A DNA stretch of 64,000 nucleotides from a virus. Lineage: Duplodnaviria > Caudoviricetes. Every line of letters begins with the position of its first letter. The stretch's first letter is position 1. Where the stretch lies: the IMG/VR virus record IMGVR_UViG_3300031555_001562; one strand, 5' to 3'. Under the pieces are notes generated by a model. The model was not told the origin of the DNA. It ran no database searches and was given only the letters and a program-made list of their open reading frames with translations. Shown piece after piece: positions 49,145 to 63,924 of this stretch. The translations under genes were made by a program, and so were the position numbers.

Positions 49145-50577
49145 TTATTTTAGACAAATTTTAAGGGAGCTACGGAATCGGCAAGTTCACCGCCCGTAAC
49201 TCCCGAAAGTTTCGAAGGTTAGAAATCAATAAAACTGGGATTTGATTACTTCTTGATAGACCATCCAGTTTCCCATCGTCCGCCGACACGCTCCCGGATA
49301 CCGTCTCTTCTTGAGCAACCAAAGGAGTACCAGTCTTCAAACAGATAGCCGTTCTCATCGTACACGTTGCCGTCTTGCGCAGAGTAAATGTACTCGAACT
49401 CGTCGAATAGCGTATGAGTGATCTTCACGATTGGATTTGCCTTGATAAACTGGATCATCTCATCTCGGCTCATAGTCTTGTTTTCAGGCGGCAGCTTCTT
49501 CGTGGTACATGAAGCTTCTTGAGTAAACGTACAATAGCGGCAAGCTCTCTTGCAGAAGTTGGCCTCATTCAATTCTTTCTTGTAGATACATTCCATTTAT
49601 AAATATCCCTTCAGGTTCTCTTTTGCTCTGTCATTTGCCCAGTTCCAATTATTGAGCCTTCTTCCACATAACGGACAATGGAAGATTTCGATGCTGCCGG
49701 ATACACCCTTCTCCTTATCCTGGAATTCCAGATGCCATGTACCATAAGTTTCGTGAAGGGAAAACTGCTTATACTCTACAGACTTATGTGACACAACACT
49801 CATATCCAGACCATTATCGGACATGTGTTTGCATATACAATCCATCAGGCTACCTCATTCTATCACATTCAGGTCTTCATCAACCTTAAAGAGTCTCTTG
49901 CCGCAATCTGCGCATGTTGCATACTTTGAAGTGTTGCGGTAATTCAGGTAGGTGTGCAGATCTGTACCTTCAACATCACCCGTTTCAAGATCAACATAAT
50001 ATGTTCCGTATCCGCTGATGTATTGACGAATCTTTATGTATCCGCCACCGCACTTTGGACATTCCTTAATGGGAAAATTTTTATTCCTACCCATCGTTCA
50101 TTCCTCCACATTCTTTGCGCACTCAGGGCATAAGGTTTTGCCCTTTCTGCACTTCCACCCAGACCGATAGGCTGCTTTACTGAGCCACTGTTTATTGGTT
50201 GCCATGCCCATTCCGCCGTCCGACATCTGTCTTTCGTTTGCGTTAAAATCAGTACTCCAACTCTTTGCGCAACCATCACACGTAATGTCGAAGTAGGTAT
50301 CAATTCTGATCTTCATATTCCGGATTCTCCCACTCTTTGAAATCGTCACTTAGTACATTTGCCAAGTTCCTACAATCCAGACATTCAATTCCCTCATGAC
50401 CGTCAGCTCCACTCAAGGAATGATCATATGGTTTCTTATATGGTTTTCCATCTTTCCTGAGCTTATAGTGGATCTCTGTGACTTGTTCTTCCCACCATCC
50501 TATGTTCGTGCTGCCGCATTCCGGGCATCTGTATTTATGTCTCATGTCGAAAAACTGCATCTCCTTAATCATAAATA

Positions 50578-50646
50578 ACAAATATATAATATATATAAGA
50601 ATAATATACATATAAGATCCTTATATAATATATATTATATATTTGT
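50578..50646. repeat. AT-rich 18-bp perfect inverted repeat
   Basis: ACAAATATATAATATATA (50578-95) / TATATATTATATATTTGT (50629-46). Confidence 0.75.
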
Positions 50647-50957
50647 ACACAGCCGTTACTTGCGTAACGATCTGTGTATTAACCAGAAGAGAACAGTATC
50701 ATATTTTCTGTCTGGTTTTTGTGACGAGTACTTGACGTATGACAAGTACGATTACCGGAACACTTCATGCAGCTTATAGCCGGTTCCGATCATCTGGTTC
50801 TTGTCATCAAAATCTGCTTCGATACAGGCTAACAGACCGCTTTCCCTGGAATACTGCTTTTTGAAAGCTTCTCCCATCTTCATTGCTTCTTCCTTGGTAT
50901 CCTTGACGCACAGAATGGTAACGTCATCACCCTTGGTAAGCTTGATTGCAAACTTCT

Positions 50958-51254
50958 TCATTCTTCTTCCTCCGTCAGAAATAGTTGTACATCGATATTC
51001 AAAGCCTCAGCAATCATACATAGCTTAATAATGGGAACTTTGACATCTTCTCTGCTTTTGTTCATCCACGCATAAGTGGTATGTGTGCTTGAGCCTGTAA
51101 GTTCAGATAGTTTTTTATGCATCACTGAGCGAACTTCGCACTCAGGATATCTTTCGATCATATATTTGTTGACGTTACTGGCAATGACCATGTGGTTGGT
51201 TTCTTCCCATTTGTCAGTCAACGATAAATATTCCTTTGCGATTGGTTCTCGCAT
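50958..51254 (-). CDS. HTH (XRE-like) DNA-binding protein
   Basis: KLSELTGSSTHTTYAW...P...LCMIAEALNIDV pattern; start taken at MREPIA. Confidence 0.6.
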   Translation of the reverse strand: MREPIAKEYLSLTDKWEETNHMVIASNVNKYMIERYPECEVRSVMHKKLSELTGSSTHTTYAWMNKSREDVKVPIIKLCMIAEALNIDVQLFLTEEEE

Positions 51255-51339
51255 TGGATCCCCTCCGTTCCTAAGCATAGCGCCATAATTGGTAACTTAC
51301 TTACTACCAATATAAATGGCGCTATACCTATTTGTCAAG

Positions 51340-52533
51340 TTAATTCCGCATAGATTCGTACAGCTTTGCTACACGAGCGGAAACATTATAGGACGGATTA
51401 ACAGGGAGAATATAGGAATACAGATCTTCGCCGGACTTCATGGACAAAAGACCGATGTTGCATTCATTTGCACCAGTCTTGTTTTCAAGTTCCACTCTGA
51501 TATCATCCTTACCAAACAGTGCGGCAGAATCCATCAGGAACACAGGATTGATACAGAAGCAGAAATTCTCGGTGGTATCATCTGTCACGTCCAGCTGGTC
51601 AATGGAACTGTAATTTGCGGAGTTGATGGAACAGAAGACGCCATCTTCATTCTTGAAGATAATCAGGGGAATCTTCTCAATGATCTTACCCTTACGGAGT
51701 TCATTGTAATACTCCTTTGCAATGGTAGCAACATCGGAAGCTTTAACGGTAAAACCAAAGTCACGCTTTGCATTTCTCTTGATCTGCTCGATGTCCATGT
51801 ACTCACCAGGTTCCTGCAAACACCAGTATGTAAAACCATTGCCGGAGATCTTGATTATGCTGGAACTCTTCATTGCACCAACGGAAAGCTGTACCATGTC
51901 TTCAGACTTAGCATTGATGATTTTCTTCATACTCTGGAAAGAGTACCAGGGCAGAGTGAAATAACCTTTATCGGTGAACCAGTTGCCGCAGATCTTCTTA
52001 ATCGTAAAGCGGAATCCGTCAGTAGCAGCCATCCGCTGATGCTGGCAGTTGATATTGAAGCCGGTATACAGAGGTCTTACGGCATAGTCCTCGTGGCGCA
52101 TGCGGTCAGTAGCTACCATTGCGGACAGCAGTTCTTTCTCGGACATCTCGCATTTCAGCTCCATGTCACCATCAGGGAACTTAGGCCATACATCGTTTTC
52201 ATCGGCCTCATACATCGGAACAGCACGGTACTTCTTGTTACCCACAACAGAAAATTTGCCCCCGAAAGTATCGATGATAATCTTCCCGGTGAATGCGCTG
52301 ATCTTTGCAAGATCGTCCGTACCTACACGGATTTCACCACTTTCGATAACCTGAGCAGGAATACACACCTTGATAAACTGTTGCAGATTGGAAGCACTGA
52401 TGGTCGCATGATCGTCAGCAGCTTCAAACTTGATGGTACAAAGATCTTCCAGGTGGCTTTTTCTCGGAGCAACGGTCATGACCTTGCTCAGCGCATCGAA
52501 AAAATCCTTTCCGTTATTAATCGCAAACTTCAT
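51340..52533 (-). CDS. DNA polymerase III beta clamp-like protein
   Basis: 397 aa with ISASNL, AATDGFR, INPVFLMD and YILPV motifs; divergent DnaN pattern. Confidence 0.75.
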   Translation of the reverse strand: MKFAINNGKDFFDALSKVMTVAPRKSHLEDLCTIKFEAADDHATISASNLQQFIKVCIPAQVIESGEIRVGTDDLAKISAFTGKIIIDTFGGKFSVVGNKKYRAVPMYEADENDVWPKFPDGDMELKCEMSEKELLSAMVATDRMRHEDYAVRPLYTGFNINCQHQRMAATDGFRFTIKKICGNWFTDKGYFTLPWYSFQSMKKIINAKSEDMVQLSVGAMKSSSIIKISGNGFTYWCLQEPGEYMDIEQIKRNAKRDFGFTVKASDVATIAKEYYNELRKGKIIEKIPLIIFKNEDGVFCSINSANYSSIDQLDVTDDTTENFCFCINPVFLMDSAALFGKDDIRVELENKTGANECNIGLLSMKSGEDLYSYILPVNPSYNVSARVAKLYESMRN

Positions 52534-52729
52534 TCCTGTACCACCTTTCTCAGTTTCATGTATTCTTTCAGGGAAATGCCCATGCAGTTTGCCGCAACCT
52601 TCATTGCCGTCTTCTTATCTCCACGGCTACCAGGAATGGCTTCCTTACTACCAACCTTGTGGGCATACCACTGTCCGCCCTTTTCTTTCGATACTTCGTA
52701 TGTAATCTCCATTTGTTCCTCTCTTTCAA

Positions 52730-53359
52730 TTATTCTTCTTCAGGATCATCAAACATGCTCGTAAGCACTCTTGGTTTATATTCTCTTGTTTCTCCGAATT
52801 CCTTCAAATCCGCAATGTCTGTCTTCAGTTTTCTAAGACACGGCAACAAACCACTGGAAATAATCAGACTTGCAAATTCAAGTGCGTCTTTTGCTTCACG
52901 TCTGCGCTGACGAACTTCCTGCATCTGTTTGTATCTTTTGAAACCATTGATAACATTCTCATTGGTGAATTCCATCTTGTGAAGAATGTCCAATGTTTCC
53001 ATGTCACACTGTTTTACAATGCCACCGAAGTAACCGGGCAAAAACAGGAATTTGTCTGTGTTTTCAACGATCTGCTCATAGAATGCAATCATCTCATCAA
53101 GAGCCTGTTTAGCAGTTTCGGGAGTAAACTCGCTGCCATCACCGGAATATTCTTCAGCAAGGTTATCGGTATTGAGAATTTTTACTTCAGTCGGGCTAAC
53201 AGTTGGAAACATACCTGGGAAATTGTTATCCATGAAGTTCGTTGCTTTATCCAAGGTGATGAACTTCGTTGCATTTTTCAGGAGTGTTGACCAGCTGCCT
53301 TTGCCGCCTCTGCATTTCACATATCCACCGCTAGTGCAGTGGGAAATAACATATGACAT
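52730..53359 (-). CDS. Hypothetical coiled-coil phage protein, paralog of 45068..45718
   Basis: DILHKMEF...RQRRREAKD...EYKPRVL. Confidence 0.6.
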   Translation of the reverse strand: MSYVISHCTSGGYVKCRGGKGSWSTLLKNATKFITLDKATNFMDNNFPGMFPTVSPTEVKILNTDNLAEEYSGDGSEFTPETAKQALDEMIAFYEQIVENTDKFLFLPGYFGGIVKQCDMETLDILHKMEFTNENVINGFKRYKQMQEVRQRRREAKDALEFASLIISSGLLPCLRKLKTDIADLKEFGETREYKPRVLTSMFDDPEEE

Positions 53360-54142
53360 TTTCTTCTTCCTTTATTCATCGCCAGACATGACGGATTTCA
53401 AAATCTTCTTGTACTCAGGATCGGTCTTTACGGCAACCTTCGGTCTGCGATTGCTGTATTTGCTAATCTCGTTGACTCCGGTGACAACATGACCTTCCTT
53501 TGTACATTTAGCAAGATACATAAACAGATCCTGCTTACTGGTGCATTCAACGAATGCATAACTCATTGCGCTAAACTGAACAAGATACAGTTCGCAATCT
53601 CTGCCAAGTTCTCTTGCCATAACTTCCTCCTTAATAGGTGAGCCGATATCCGTTTTCAACGAATTTCTTTATAAATGCTTCGATCTTCGCATTTCCGTCC
53701 AGAATTGTAAATGTGAATTCATTTCCTGACCGTTCCTCAAGCTGGCTATATTTAACCATCCTCACGGAGTAGTCAATATCCATGAGCTTGAAAAGCAACT
53801 TCAGCTTTGATATACGTTCTTCCGAAACGGTATCCCATTGCTCAAAAGACACATATGTATTTCCGTATTTGGTTTCTACTTTTGCTTCATGAGCTTTTCT
53901 GAACTTATCCAAATACTCAGCCATGATTGCATCTTGATCTTTCTTAATCTGATGATCCGCTATCATATGTCTTTCTCAGCACTCCTTCCATCGCATCTTG
54001 CAACCTATCGACTTTCTCGCCGCACTGTCTGCAACGATGCCATACAAGGGTAGCAATTCCGATAAATTCAGACCCTCGTGCGACTTCCATCCTGGTTTTA
54101 ATCTTTCCGCATTTGCGGCAGTAAAATTTTCCGAACATTTTT

Positions 54143-54562
54143 TTACCTCTTGATCTGTCTTCTCATATGGACAACAATTCCACTCTTACCATTCGGCTTT
54201 ACTTCAACAGTGTCCATAAAGCTTTCCATGATAGTGAAACCCATGCCACTACGTTCCGCCCCACCAGTGGTGAAGAATGGCTTTCTGGCCTGTTCGATAT
54301 CGGGGATGCCAACTCCCTTATCCTTAATGACAATATCCAGAACATTGCCACCCAGGATTCGGCAGCGCAGCCAGATGGTTCCGTGAGTCTTCGGATATGC
54401 ATGGACGATGCAGTTAGTTACTGCTTCAGATACGGAAGTTCTGATATCACCCAGTTCCTCCAGGGTGGGTTCCAACTGACTAGCGAAAGTGGCGACAGCG
54501 GTTCGTGCCAGGTATTCATTTACGGGCTTGCTCAGGAATTCCATCTTCATCTGATTTTCCAT
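54143..54562 (-). CDS. spoIIAB: Anti-sigma F factor / Ser kinase SpoIIAB
   Basis: NEYLAR...F..QLEPTLEEL.DIRTSVSEAVTNCIVHAY...D.GVGI.DIEQA..PFFTT...ERSGMGFTIMESFMD. Confidence 0.93.
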   Translation of the reverse strand: MENQMKMEFLSKPVNEYLARTAVATFASQLEPTLEELGDIRTSVSEAVTNCIVHAYPKTHGTIWLRCRILGGNVLDIVIKDKGVGIPDIEQARKPFFTTGGAERSGMGFTIMESFMDTVEVKPNGKSGIVVHMRRQIKR

Positions 54563-55282
54563 AATTCCACCTCAAAACAACGTATTGTCGCATGCCTCGA
54601 TGCGATCAAGTCTGACGTTATCGCCAGACCAATGAGAATCACCGTTTAGCTTAAAATAAACCTTGATCTTCGTTTCGTTCATTCGCAGCTTCAGATAACC
54701 GTGGGAAGTTCCGCATGATAGTTCAGAACAAAGTACCCAATCCTTGAGATATGTTCCGATGAAAGTATGAAAAGTCATCTTTAACACCTCATTTAGTTTA
54801 ATTCCACACCGTCAATCGGTTCATACACCATAGGATACTGTTTAACTCCACCAACGTATTTGGGTTTGTGATACGCTTTTATCGTTGCCTGTAGTCTTCC
54901 GTTCACCACAAGATCTCCATACAGCCAAACATTGAGCGGAACGTAGTAGATGATCTCATAATTTCCGTTCAATACAACAGCAACACCGTGACTCTTGTAG
55001 TTATCTGTCAGCCATGCTTCCTTGAAGATTTTCCAGTAATCCTCAAAATTCGTCCAGTCCTCAAAATCCTTGTAGTCGGGATTAGACGGAACAAATTCCG
55101 AACAGATAATGTGGTGAGCGCCGCAGTCATATGTTTTGAAGTATGGCTTATAAAGTTTGATCTTTTTATGATCCAGCTTAGGGCAAGTACATTCGCCCAT
55201 GTCTGCATTGACTTTCCATTTAGCACAATGCCGACACATGAAGTGCGGACAGTCATCCACATTATACATTTTCTTACCTCGC

Positions 55283-57031
<1,749 letters not shown>

Positions 57032-59462
57032 TTCTGTAACCTCCGATAGTTTCGCTCATATTTTCCATTCAACTATATAGCTTTTTCAGATTGAACTTCT
57101 TGATAATGGTATCTTTCAGTTCATCAAAAGTAGGGGTATCGCCAAAAGGCATTTCGATCTTTGCCCCATCAACCCAGAGTCCGAAGTGGTAGAAACCCTT
57201 GGATTCATCGTAGGAGAAACTGATGGAAACATCCGCATTCAATTCCTTGCGGTTCAAGCGGCTATGCCAAATTCCGCAAGCGAAATTGGTCACACCCCAG
57301 TCAGTTCTAGGATGCAGGACACGCATACTCCATTCGATGCCGTGTTTCTGGTTATCTGCATAAGCTGCATTTCTCAGGAACTCAGCCACTTCTTGCAACT
57401 TAGGTACATTCTTCTTCATGATTGACCTCCAGTTTCTTGCCAACTGCCAGCATAGCCAGACAGATGATTAGTGAGATGACGTTCATGGTTTCGATCAGGC
57501 TCATAACATATTCCCCATAGTTGTAGCGATACACAGCAATCCAGCTTCCGCTGCACTGTCAGAACAATTGATAATTGACTCAATGGAATTAATGAACTCA
57601 CATCCACTGCCGTGTTCTTTCGCAGGAGAAATCGTTACACACTCAGGCATGTAGACGATGATCTCAGGCTCAAATTTTCCAACATAATTAGTATCACCAC
57701 GAGCTGCGGCGATCCTATTGGCTTCTTCCACTGCTTTCTGTCCGTCCAGTGCGGAGAAATAGCGCTCATTGGAGATGTTGGAATTGTAGTGGTAGTCAAC
57801 AGAAAGACTTGTTCCGCCATGATTATGACCCAGGCCAAAAGTGTAAATTCAGTATCTAGGTTCTGCCGTCTGAACATAAAGCGTTCCGTCTACCAAAAGA
57901 TACTTACTCATACCTTCTACTGCCTTGGCAATCATATCTTCTCTGCTAGGATGTTCGTTCCAGTATCTGCTGGAAAAGTACATGCTTCCGTGTTCGTTCC
58001 ACCACATCACGGCTTCAAGAGGAGTCTTGTATCTCTCAGAATCGTTGCTTCCGCAAATGGATCTGATGGTGGCTGCATTCCAGAACAGGCCATTGTAGGA
58101 GTAGATAAAACCCTTGCCGCCATAACTTCTGTCCTCAAAAGCTTTGCTGAGTGCGGAGATAGGGGCTTCCGCAAGCTCGATGTCAACGTATTCCTCGCAC
58201 TCCCGGTATCTGTACTTCCTGCATCTGGGAGTGGGAAGATACTTCTCTTCATATTTGATCCATGTTTTGATTTTCATATTATCCTCCCATCACAGGATGA
58301 ACTCTCTGTCGGTCTTCTTATCTGCGATTCCCTTTTTGGAATAGGGTCTTACCCAAATAACCTTTCCGGTCTTTGTCTTTCGGTAGTGGCCTCTGACGCT
58401 GAAGGTGGACTTGTAACCGTGCCATTCTTTCTTCGGTGCAGGAAGCTCTTCCAGCATGCTATTGGAGATTGTGTATCTCCGAATGGTTAGCGGCTTTCTC
58501 TGGCTTCCCTTGCGCTTGCCTCCCTTGCTACTCTTGGCAGTAGTACGGTGAACGGTCTTGGTACGCTCGACATCTTCCCGGTAGTAGGTTGCAAACAGCA
58601 TGAGCGCCTTGAACTTACTGACACACTTCCAGATGGTATTATCCTGTGCTAGAATCATACTCATCTGTGCTTTTCTGATAGGATCATCTACGTTGATTTT
58701 CAGATCTTCCAAATGATTGTCTTCCATATTGCTCTTCCATGAAGCGATCTTCAACAGCTCTGCGCCGCCATCTTTCATAAAGAACATCTCAAAAGCAACT
58801 ATAGGAGAACCTTCATCTCGGAACCGGAGTGTAATCAATTCTTCCTGGAACTCAATATCCGCAGTTGCAAAGGGCAGTGCAATCGCCGCACCAGTCAGCT
58901 TTTCCGACCAGTCAATGACTCTCTGCATATCGGTATTGGCTCTAACGATGATCTTATCCACTCCGGTTCCTCCTGTCTTTTCTTACTTTGCGCTGTAGTA
59001 GACTTCGGGCGGAACCTTGTAGATCCACGAGCCGCTTCTTACCAGCAACGCATCTTTTCCGTAGTACTTTTCCTTCATACCCTGAATGCTGCCGGTTGCA
59101 GAGAAGTTAGGGTACTGAGAAAGATTGTATATTTTCTTCTGTTCCTTGTTCATGTATCTTACTCTGGGCATTTGAACCTCCTGTAACATTCGAAACTTTC
59201 GGGGTTTGCATCTGCATGAAATACTGATTTTATTGATATCTCCGGTAGCTGGAATGGAAGTTTGTGTACACCACCACAGCATCGTCCGGAATCTCTTTCA
59301 GTTTGATAGAACCGGGATTTACCCATTCATCTCCGCCTAGCTGCGGACTGATCCATTCAAGGAACTTGCTTACCGCCTCGGATCTGCCTTCGGCACGGAT
59401 GATGCATACCCGGTCTTCATATGAAACACCCGTGTCGAAGACAAACTCAACCTTGTAGGTCA

Positions 59463-60101
59463 TCATTCCTCCGTATCGACAAGAGTAGAAGAGGAAAGAG
59501 TCAAAACCGGACGGACACCGTAGCCCCAATCACAGTCATCCCCATTCAGAATGCCACTAGAGTTGACGCAGCAAACGTGGCCAGTGTAGTCATTGCTGGG
59601 AGTGGAGAAGGGAGTGATGGTCAGCCAGGAGCATTCGTACTCGGACATGACACCCAGGATCTTGTGGTACTTTGCGTACTCAGCGGCGGTCAGCATGGAA
59701 ACCTTGTCAATGCACGTGCCGTAGTCATCCAGGCCATCCAGAGAAGTCAGGTCACGGTGCATGTCGATGATATTCTCAGCGCCGAACAGCTCACACATGT
59801 GCTGGTAGATCTCGCCGCTGTTCATACTGGTACGAATGGGACTCACTCGCCAGTCATTGTTCTCACCGAACTCATGGCGGTCATCCAGGAAGTCAGCCTT
59901 GATAACGAACACTTCGCCGTTGGGCTTCTTGTCCAGGACGATGAACTTCTCGCCGTTCTGGGTGAAAGTATCGCCGGAGTTCAGCGTGCCGACTTCGATC
60001 TTGCTGTGGAACAGGGTCTTGGGATCGACGTTACCGCAGTCGATGATGATCTTGTTGCCGCTGATGGTGAACTGTGCATTGTTGATAGTAAACTGATTCA
60101 T
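59463..60101 (-). CDS. DGR target gene 2 (DUF6273-like/CLec-fold), remote target
   Basis: KFIVLD...DLTSLDGLDDYG...WLTITP...GVRPVLTL; carries VR2. Confidence 0.88.
   Translation of the reverse strand: MNQFTINNAQFTISGNKIIIDCGNVDPKTLFHSKIEVGTLNSGDTFTQNGEKFIVLDKKPNGEVFVIKADFLDDRHEFGENNDWRVSPIRTSMNSGEIYQHMCELFGAENIIDMHRDLTSLDGLDDYGTCIDKVSMLTAAEYAKYHKILGVMSEYECSWLTITPFSTPSNDYTGHVCCVNSSGILNGDDCDWGYGVRPVLTLSSSTLVDTEE
59508..59585 (-). repeat. DGR variable repeat VR2
   Basis: 78-nt alignment to TR with 7 mismatches, 6 at TR adenines. Confidence 0.9.
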
Positions 60102-60440
60102 ATGTATTCTCCTTTTTTGTTTTGGTTTATTATTTGTTTGTTGGGTCTACTTTTTGGACTAAAATTAAAGGTAGTAGTCGAACTCTCTCAGGCCACCGGA
60201 GTCTTCGACATACTGCTTGCATCCGTCGATAGTAAACTCTTCGCCGTATTCCTCGTGGTTGTCCGGGCTATCGAAGTGAAGCAGGATCATGTGGACTAGG
60301 TTTTCGATAGTGGTTTTGATCTTGTAACCGCTGTCGATGATCCACTGTGCGATTCTGTCGCAGTCACACCACTTTGCCTTTGGCAGCGAAGGCTCCCATG
60401 TCCATCTGCCATAACAATCAACCATTGTATTGACCTCCTT

Positions 60441-60505
60441 GGTAATTCATTTACTAAAAGAATTCTATCACATCTCATCTTATTTGTCAACCACTTTATT
60501 GCGTC
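60441..60505 (-). promoter_or_regulatory. sigmaA promoter with GTAA-N5-TTAC operator, upstream of the operon carrying DGR target 2
   Basis: TTGACA (60490-85), 17-nt spacer, TAGAAT (60467-62); palindrome at 60442-54; AGACGCAATAAAG upstream. Confidence 0.75.
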
Positions 60506-60935
60506 TACTGTGAACAAATTTCGTAAAATACTTTTATGCGTAAACCAACCTCCACAAACGGTTGACAAGTCACATGAAATAAACGACTTGCCATAAGGAT
60601 TACATATGTTTCCTTAAAGCTACTGATTCCATCATGCAATCTATCCTGGATCCATTTTGCCGCTTCCCTTGCATGTTTACCAGCAATGATTATCACTCGG
60701 AAATTAATTCCTCTGCATGAAGCGAATCCTTGTTCTGTCTTGCATACAAAAGAATAGATTTCTTCATCCTTATTTCTATCGCATTCATGATGTATATCCA
60801 TAAAACACTCCTAGGCCATTAGTGATCTCTGACTGTCTGTATTATAGCAGATGCAGCACCATTTGTCAACTCTTATTTTCTAATTTCTTTGAAATTATTT
60901 TGTGGCATTTCACAAAGGAAAGGAAGGCACTTGTA

Positions 60936-61364
60936 TTAAACAATAGTGCCATCCTCAAATTCAAACCTTGACACATACTCGCAGTTCATATATCCAGCAA
61001 TCTTTGAAAGATCATCCTGTGTCTGCTTGCCAATAACGAGGCGCTTTGACATAGCTTGCTGTGACAGCCCCATCTTGGCTGCAAGCTCGGTTATTGTCAT
61101 ATTGGCATGCTCCAATGCATCCTTTATCTGTTGTCCGTTTGTAGAGGCGCTGAAAGCCTTACCGTCTTCGAACACAAACGCACTGTAAAATTTGCATCCA
61201 ATAACACTCGCAATCTTTTCAAGCTCTTCCTTTGTAAATTTGTCGTTTTCTAATCGCTTTGTTAATGTCGGATGTGTAACATTCATTGCAGATGCAATGT
61301 CACATAATTTGACATGCCCAATTGCGCATGCAATTTTCACTCTCTGCTTTATGGTAAACGGCAA
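60936..61364 (-). CDS. Tandem (double) XRE-type HTH transcriptional regulator
   Basis: Two internal repeats: I.Q..K.A...LA..M......L.KRL...T.++L.KIA...C.+.S.F.FEDG. Confidence 0.85.
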   Translation of the reverse strand: MPFTIKQRVKIACAIGHVKLCDIASAMNVTHPTLTKRLENDKFTKEELEKIASVIGCKFYSAFVFEDGKAFSASTNGQQIKDALEHANMTITELAAKMGLSQQAMSKRLVIGKQTQDDLSKIAGYMNCEYVSRFEFEDGTIV

Positions 61365-62712
61365 ACCTACTTCACCTCTTTCTTATTCGCCGTATTTCTT
61401 AATAATCTGACGGCATTCCTTCTGTGATTTACCCACCATCTCTCTGTTCATTGCGTTAAGCTCTTCTCCGGTAAACACATGATGATTTTTTGTGCAGCTG
61501 TCATAGAAAGACTTGCTAATCAGAATAGCACCGATTGCAATCAAAATGAGTAATGGCATGATGATCCTCCTTTACCGATCATTGTAAATCCTGTCCTGGC
61601 ATTCCAGAAAATAGGAGTCAACCACGACCATCTGCTTAGTAGTCAGAATGAACAGGCCGACCAGACCGACGGCAGCGCCGAAGATCTGCATGATCCTGGA
61701 AGCGATATAGCAACCCAGAATCAGGAAGAAAATACCGATGATGCCAACCACAGCGCCCAGAATACGCTGACGGTGGAAATATGTAGCACGGTTCTTGCGC
61801 TCCTTGGCTCTGCGGCTGTTGCGCCGCTGTTCCATCTTATCCTGGATGTTTGCGAACTCGTCATAGCTCATAACGGTCACGATGCCGTCATCCGTGTTGT
61901 TCATACCCTTGTAGCCGTAGCCCATTGTGTTGTCCTCCAATATTATATCTGAAAATTTTGTGTTTGTCTATTCAAAATTCAACCAATTCGTTCAGTTTTT
62001 CTAAAACGCATTTGTTGCAACAGGAAATGTCAATATCTTCTCCATTTCTTTGTTTGATCTTTGAATGATATTTTACACTTTTGTTTGTACCGCAGAAGTA
62101 ACATATTTTTGTACTTCTATCTTTGGCAGGAAATAGCTTAAACTTCATATTTTATACTCCCGTTTGTCATGCCGCTTTGTTAACTCTAACCTTGATTCGG
62201 AACATTCGCATTGCCATATCATATCCAATAGGTTTTTCATAATTTGCTCCGGTAACTTCACGGTGAGTCATATTAGAAAGAATTTCGACGGCTTGCATTT
62301 CAGCATAATTTGCTCCGCATGCGCTCAAGATCCACGTATATGCAGGATTTTGTTCTGTTTTGATAAAAGCTTCGACTTTATATTCTCTCTTCTTATTCAT
62401 GCATTGCCTCTTTGTTGCGTCTACTTTGAATGCTAAAAAATTATGCCACTAACCATCCTGAGAAAGCGTTCCATGAGATAGTGTACTTGCGACCGTCGAT
62501 CTTAACTTGCTTTACATAAGTTCCAGTGAAAATTTTCGTTTCATCACAGAATTCACCGAACAGTTTATACCAATAGTCGATGTTCTTATGCAGCTGGAAC
62601 AGAACATAATTTCGCATTTCGTTGTGATCCATATGAAAGCCTTTCATTATTAGCATTTTGGTTCATTTTTTCCACATATACTATAGTTATGGGGAGTGTT
62701 ACCTCCCCATAT

Positions 62713-63924
62713 TTAGCTAGTGTGGGTGGCAGCGTTTACTTCGTTGATAACTTTTCCGGTATTGATACCTCTGGATTCACAGAAAGCAACTGCAAGCTTC
62801 ATCGCCTTGCTGATTTCTTCATTGGAAAGGCAATCGAGCAGAGACTTCTTGCCGGTCTTTCTGTTCTTCAGCTTCGTATGGTACTTATAGTCGAACTCCC
62901 TGTAGAATTCTGCGAAGGCATTCGCAAAGTTTCCATTCAGACAATTGGCAGCATAGGAACGAATCAGCGCATTAATCATGCTCTTCTCATCCCAGGTGTT
63001 GATCTCATCGGACATTGCCTTGTTTGCAATGGAAAGCTCTCTGTTCTTTTCCTGTTCACTCTTCAAGGTTTCCAGCAGTACAATCAGAGACGCAGGATCC
63101 TGCAAGGACTTTGTAAGAGTATCAGGAGTCATGTATGCTCCATGCTTACGGACACTAGGAAGCACCTCGGCCGTTACCCATCTCTTGAACTGCTTTGCAC
63201 CAGGAAGCTTAGAGGACATAATCAGGGAGTACAGGCCGGACTCGTTGATGATAACGGTTTTCTGTTTTCCACCAGGGGTGTCCATCCAATGGACTCCCTT
63301 ATCATCTTCATCAACATTTGTCTTGAGCGCCTGTCTATGATTGCCATAGCCCAATGTATCCGCCACATCCTTGCCAACGAACCAAGGCTGACATCCGATC
63401 TCCATGACACGGATGGAACCAAATTCCATATTGGTGAAAGTCAGGATATTTTCTGCCATATTTTCCACATTATTAATCGTATCTTCATTAGCTGCAAGTG
63501 CTTCATTTTCAGCGGCTGTAACGGCGGCTCTGATCTTGTCGGCAACTTCACTTCTGCTCAGGCCAAGTGCCATATTGAAAATTGCTGCCTTGGACATGCA
63601 TCTTGCGCCAACGCTAGTGACTCTTGCGGAACAATCACCATGCTTTACGATATTACAACCTCTGATGTTCTCAGGATCGACGGAATAGCCAGCATTGGCA
63701 AAGTCTTTCGTCTTCATCTTGATAATGCCGTATTCTTCCAGTTCTTTCTGGTGTCCGCTGTAGTAACCAGAAACAACCGAATATTCAGTTTCGAAGTACT
63801 CGGCAACCATAGTCAGCGTTGCAATGTCCAGCACGGGCAGGAGCTTAACAGGCTTGATTTCGTCCATGATTCCGATATATTCCATGCGCTTGTTGCGGAT
63901 GTCCTTAGAACTAATTGTTTTCAT
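62713..63924 (-). CDS. BRO-N domain phage antirepressor-like protein
   Basis: FGSIR...PWFVGKDVA..LGY...INESGLYSLIMSSKLP.AKQFKRWVTAEVLPSVRKHGAY. Confidence 0.92.
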   Translation of the reverse strand: MKTISSKDIRNKRMEYIGIMDEIKPVKLLPVLDIATLTMVAEYFETEYSVVSGYYSGHQKELEEYGIIKMKTKDFANAGYSVDPENIRGCNIVKHGDCSARVTSVGARCMSKAAIFNMALGLSRSEVADKIRAAVTAAENEALAANEDTINNVENMAENILTFTNMEFGSIRVMEIGCQPWFVGKDVADTLGYGNHRQALKTNVDEDDKGVHWMDTPGGKQKTVIINESGLYSLIMSSKLPGAKQFKRWVTAEVLPSVRKHGAYMTPDTLTKSLQDPASLIVLLETLKSEQEKNRELSIANKAMSDEINTWDEKSMINALIRSYAANCLNGNFANAFAEFYREFDYKYHTKLKNRKTGKKSLLDCLSNEEISKAMKLAVAFCESRGINTGKVINEVNAATHTS

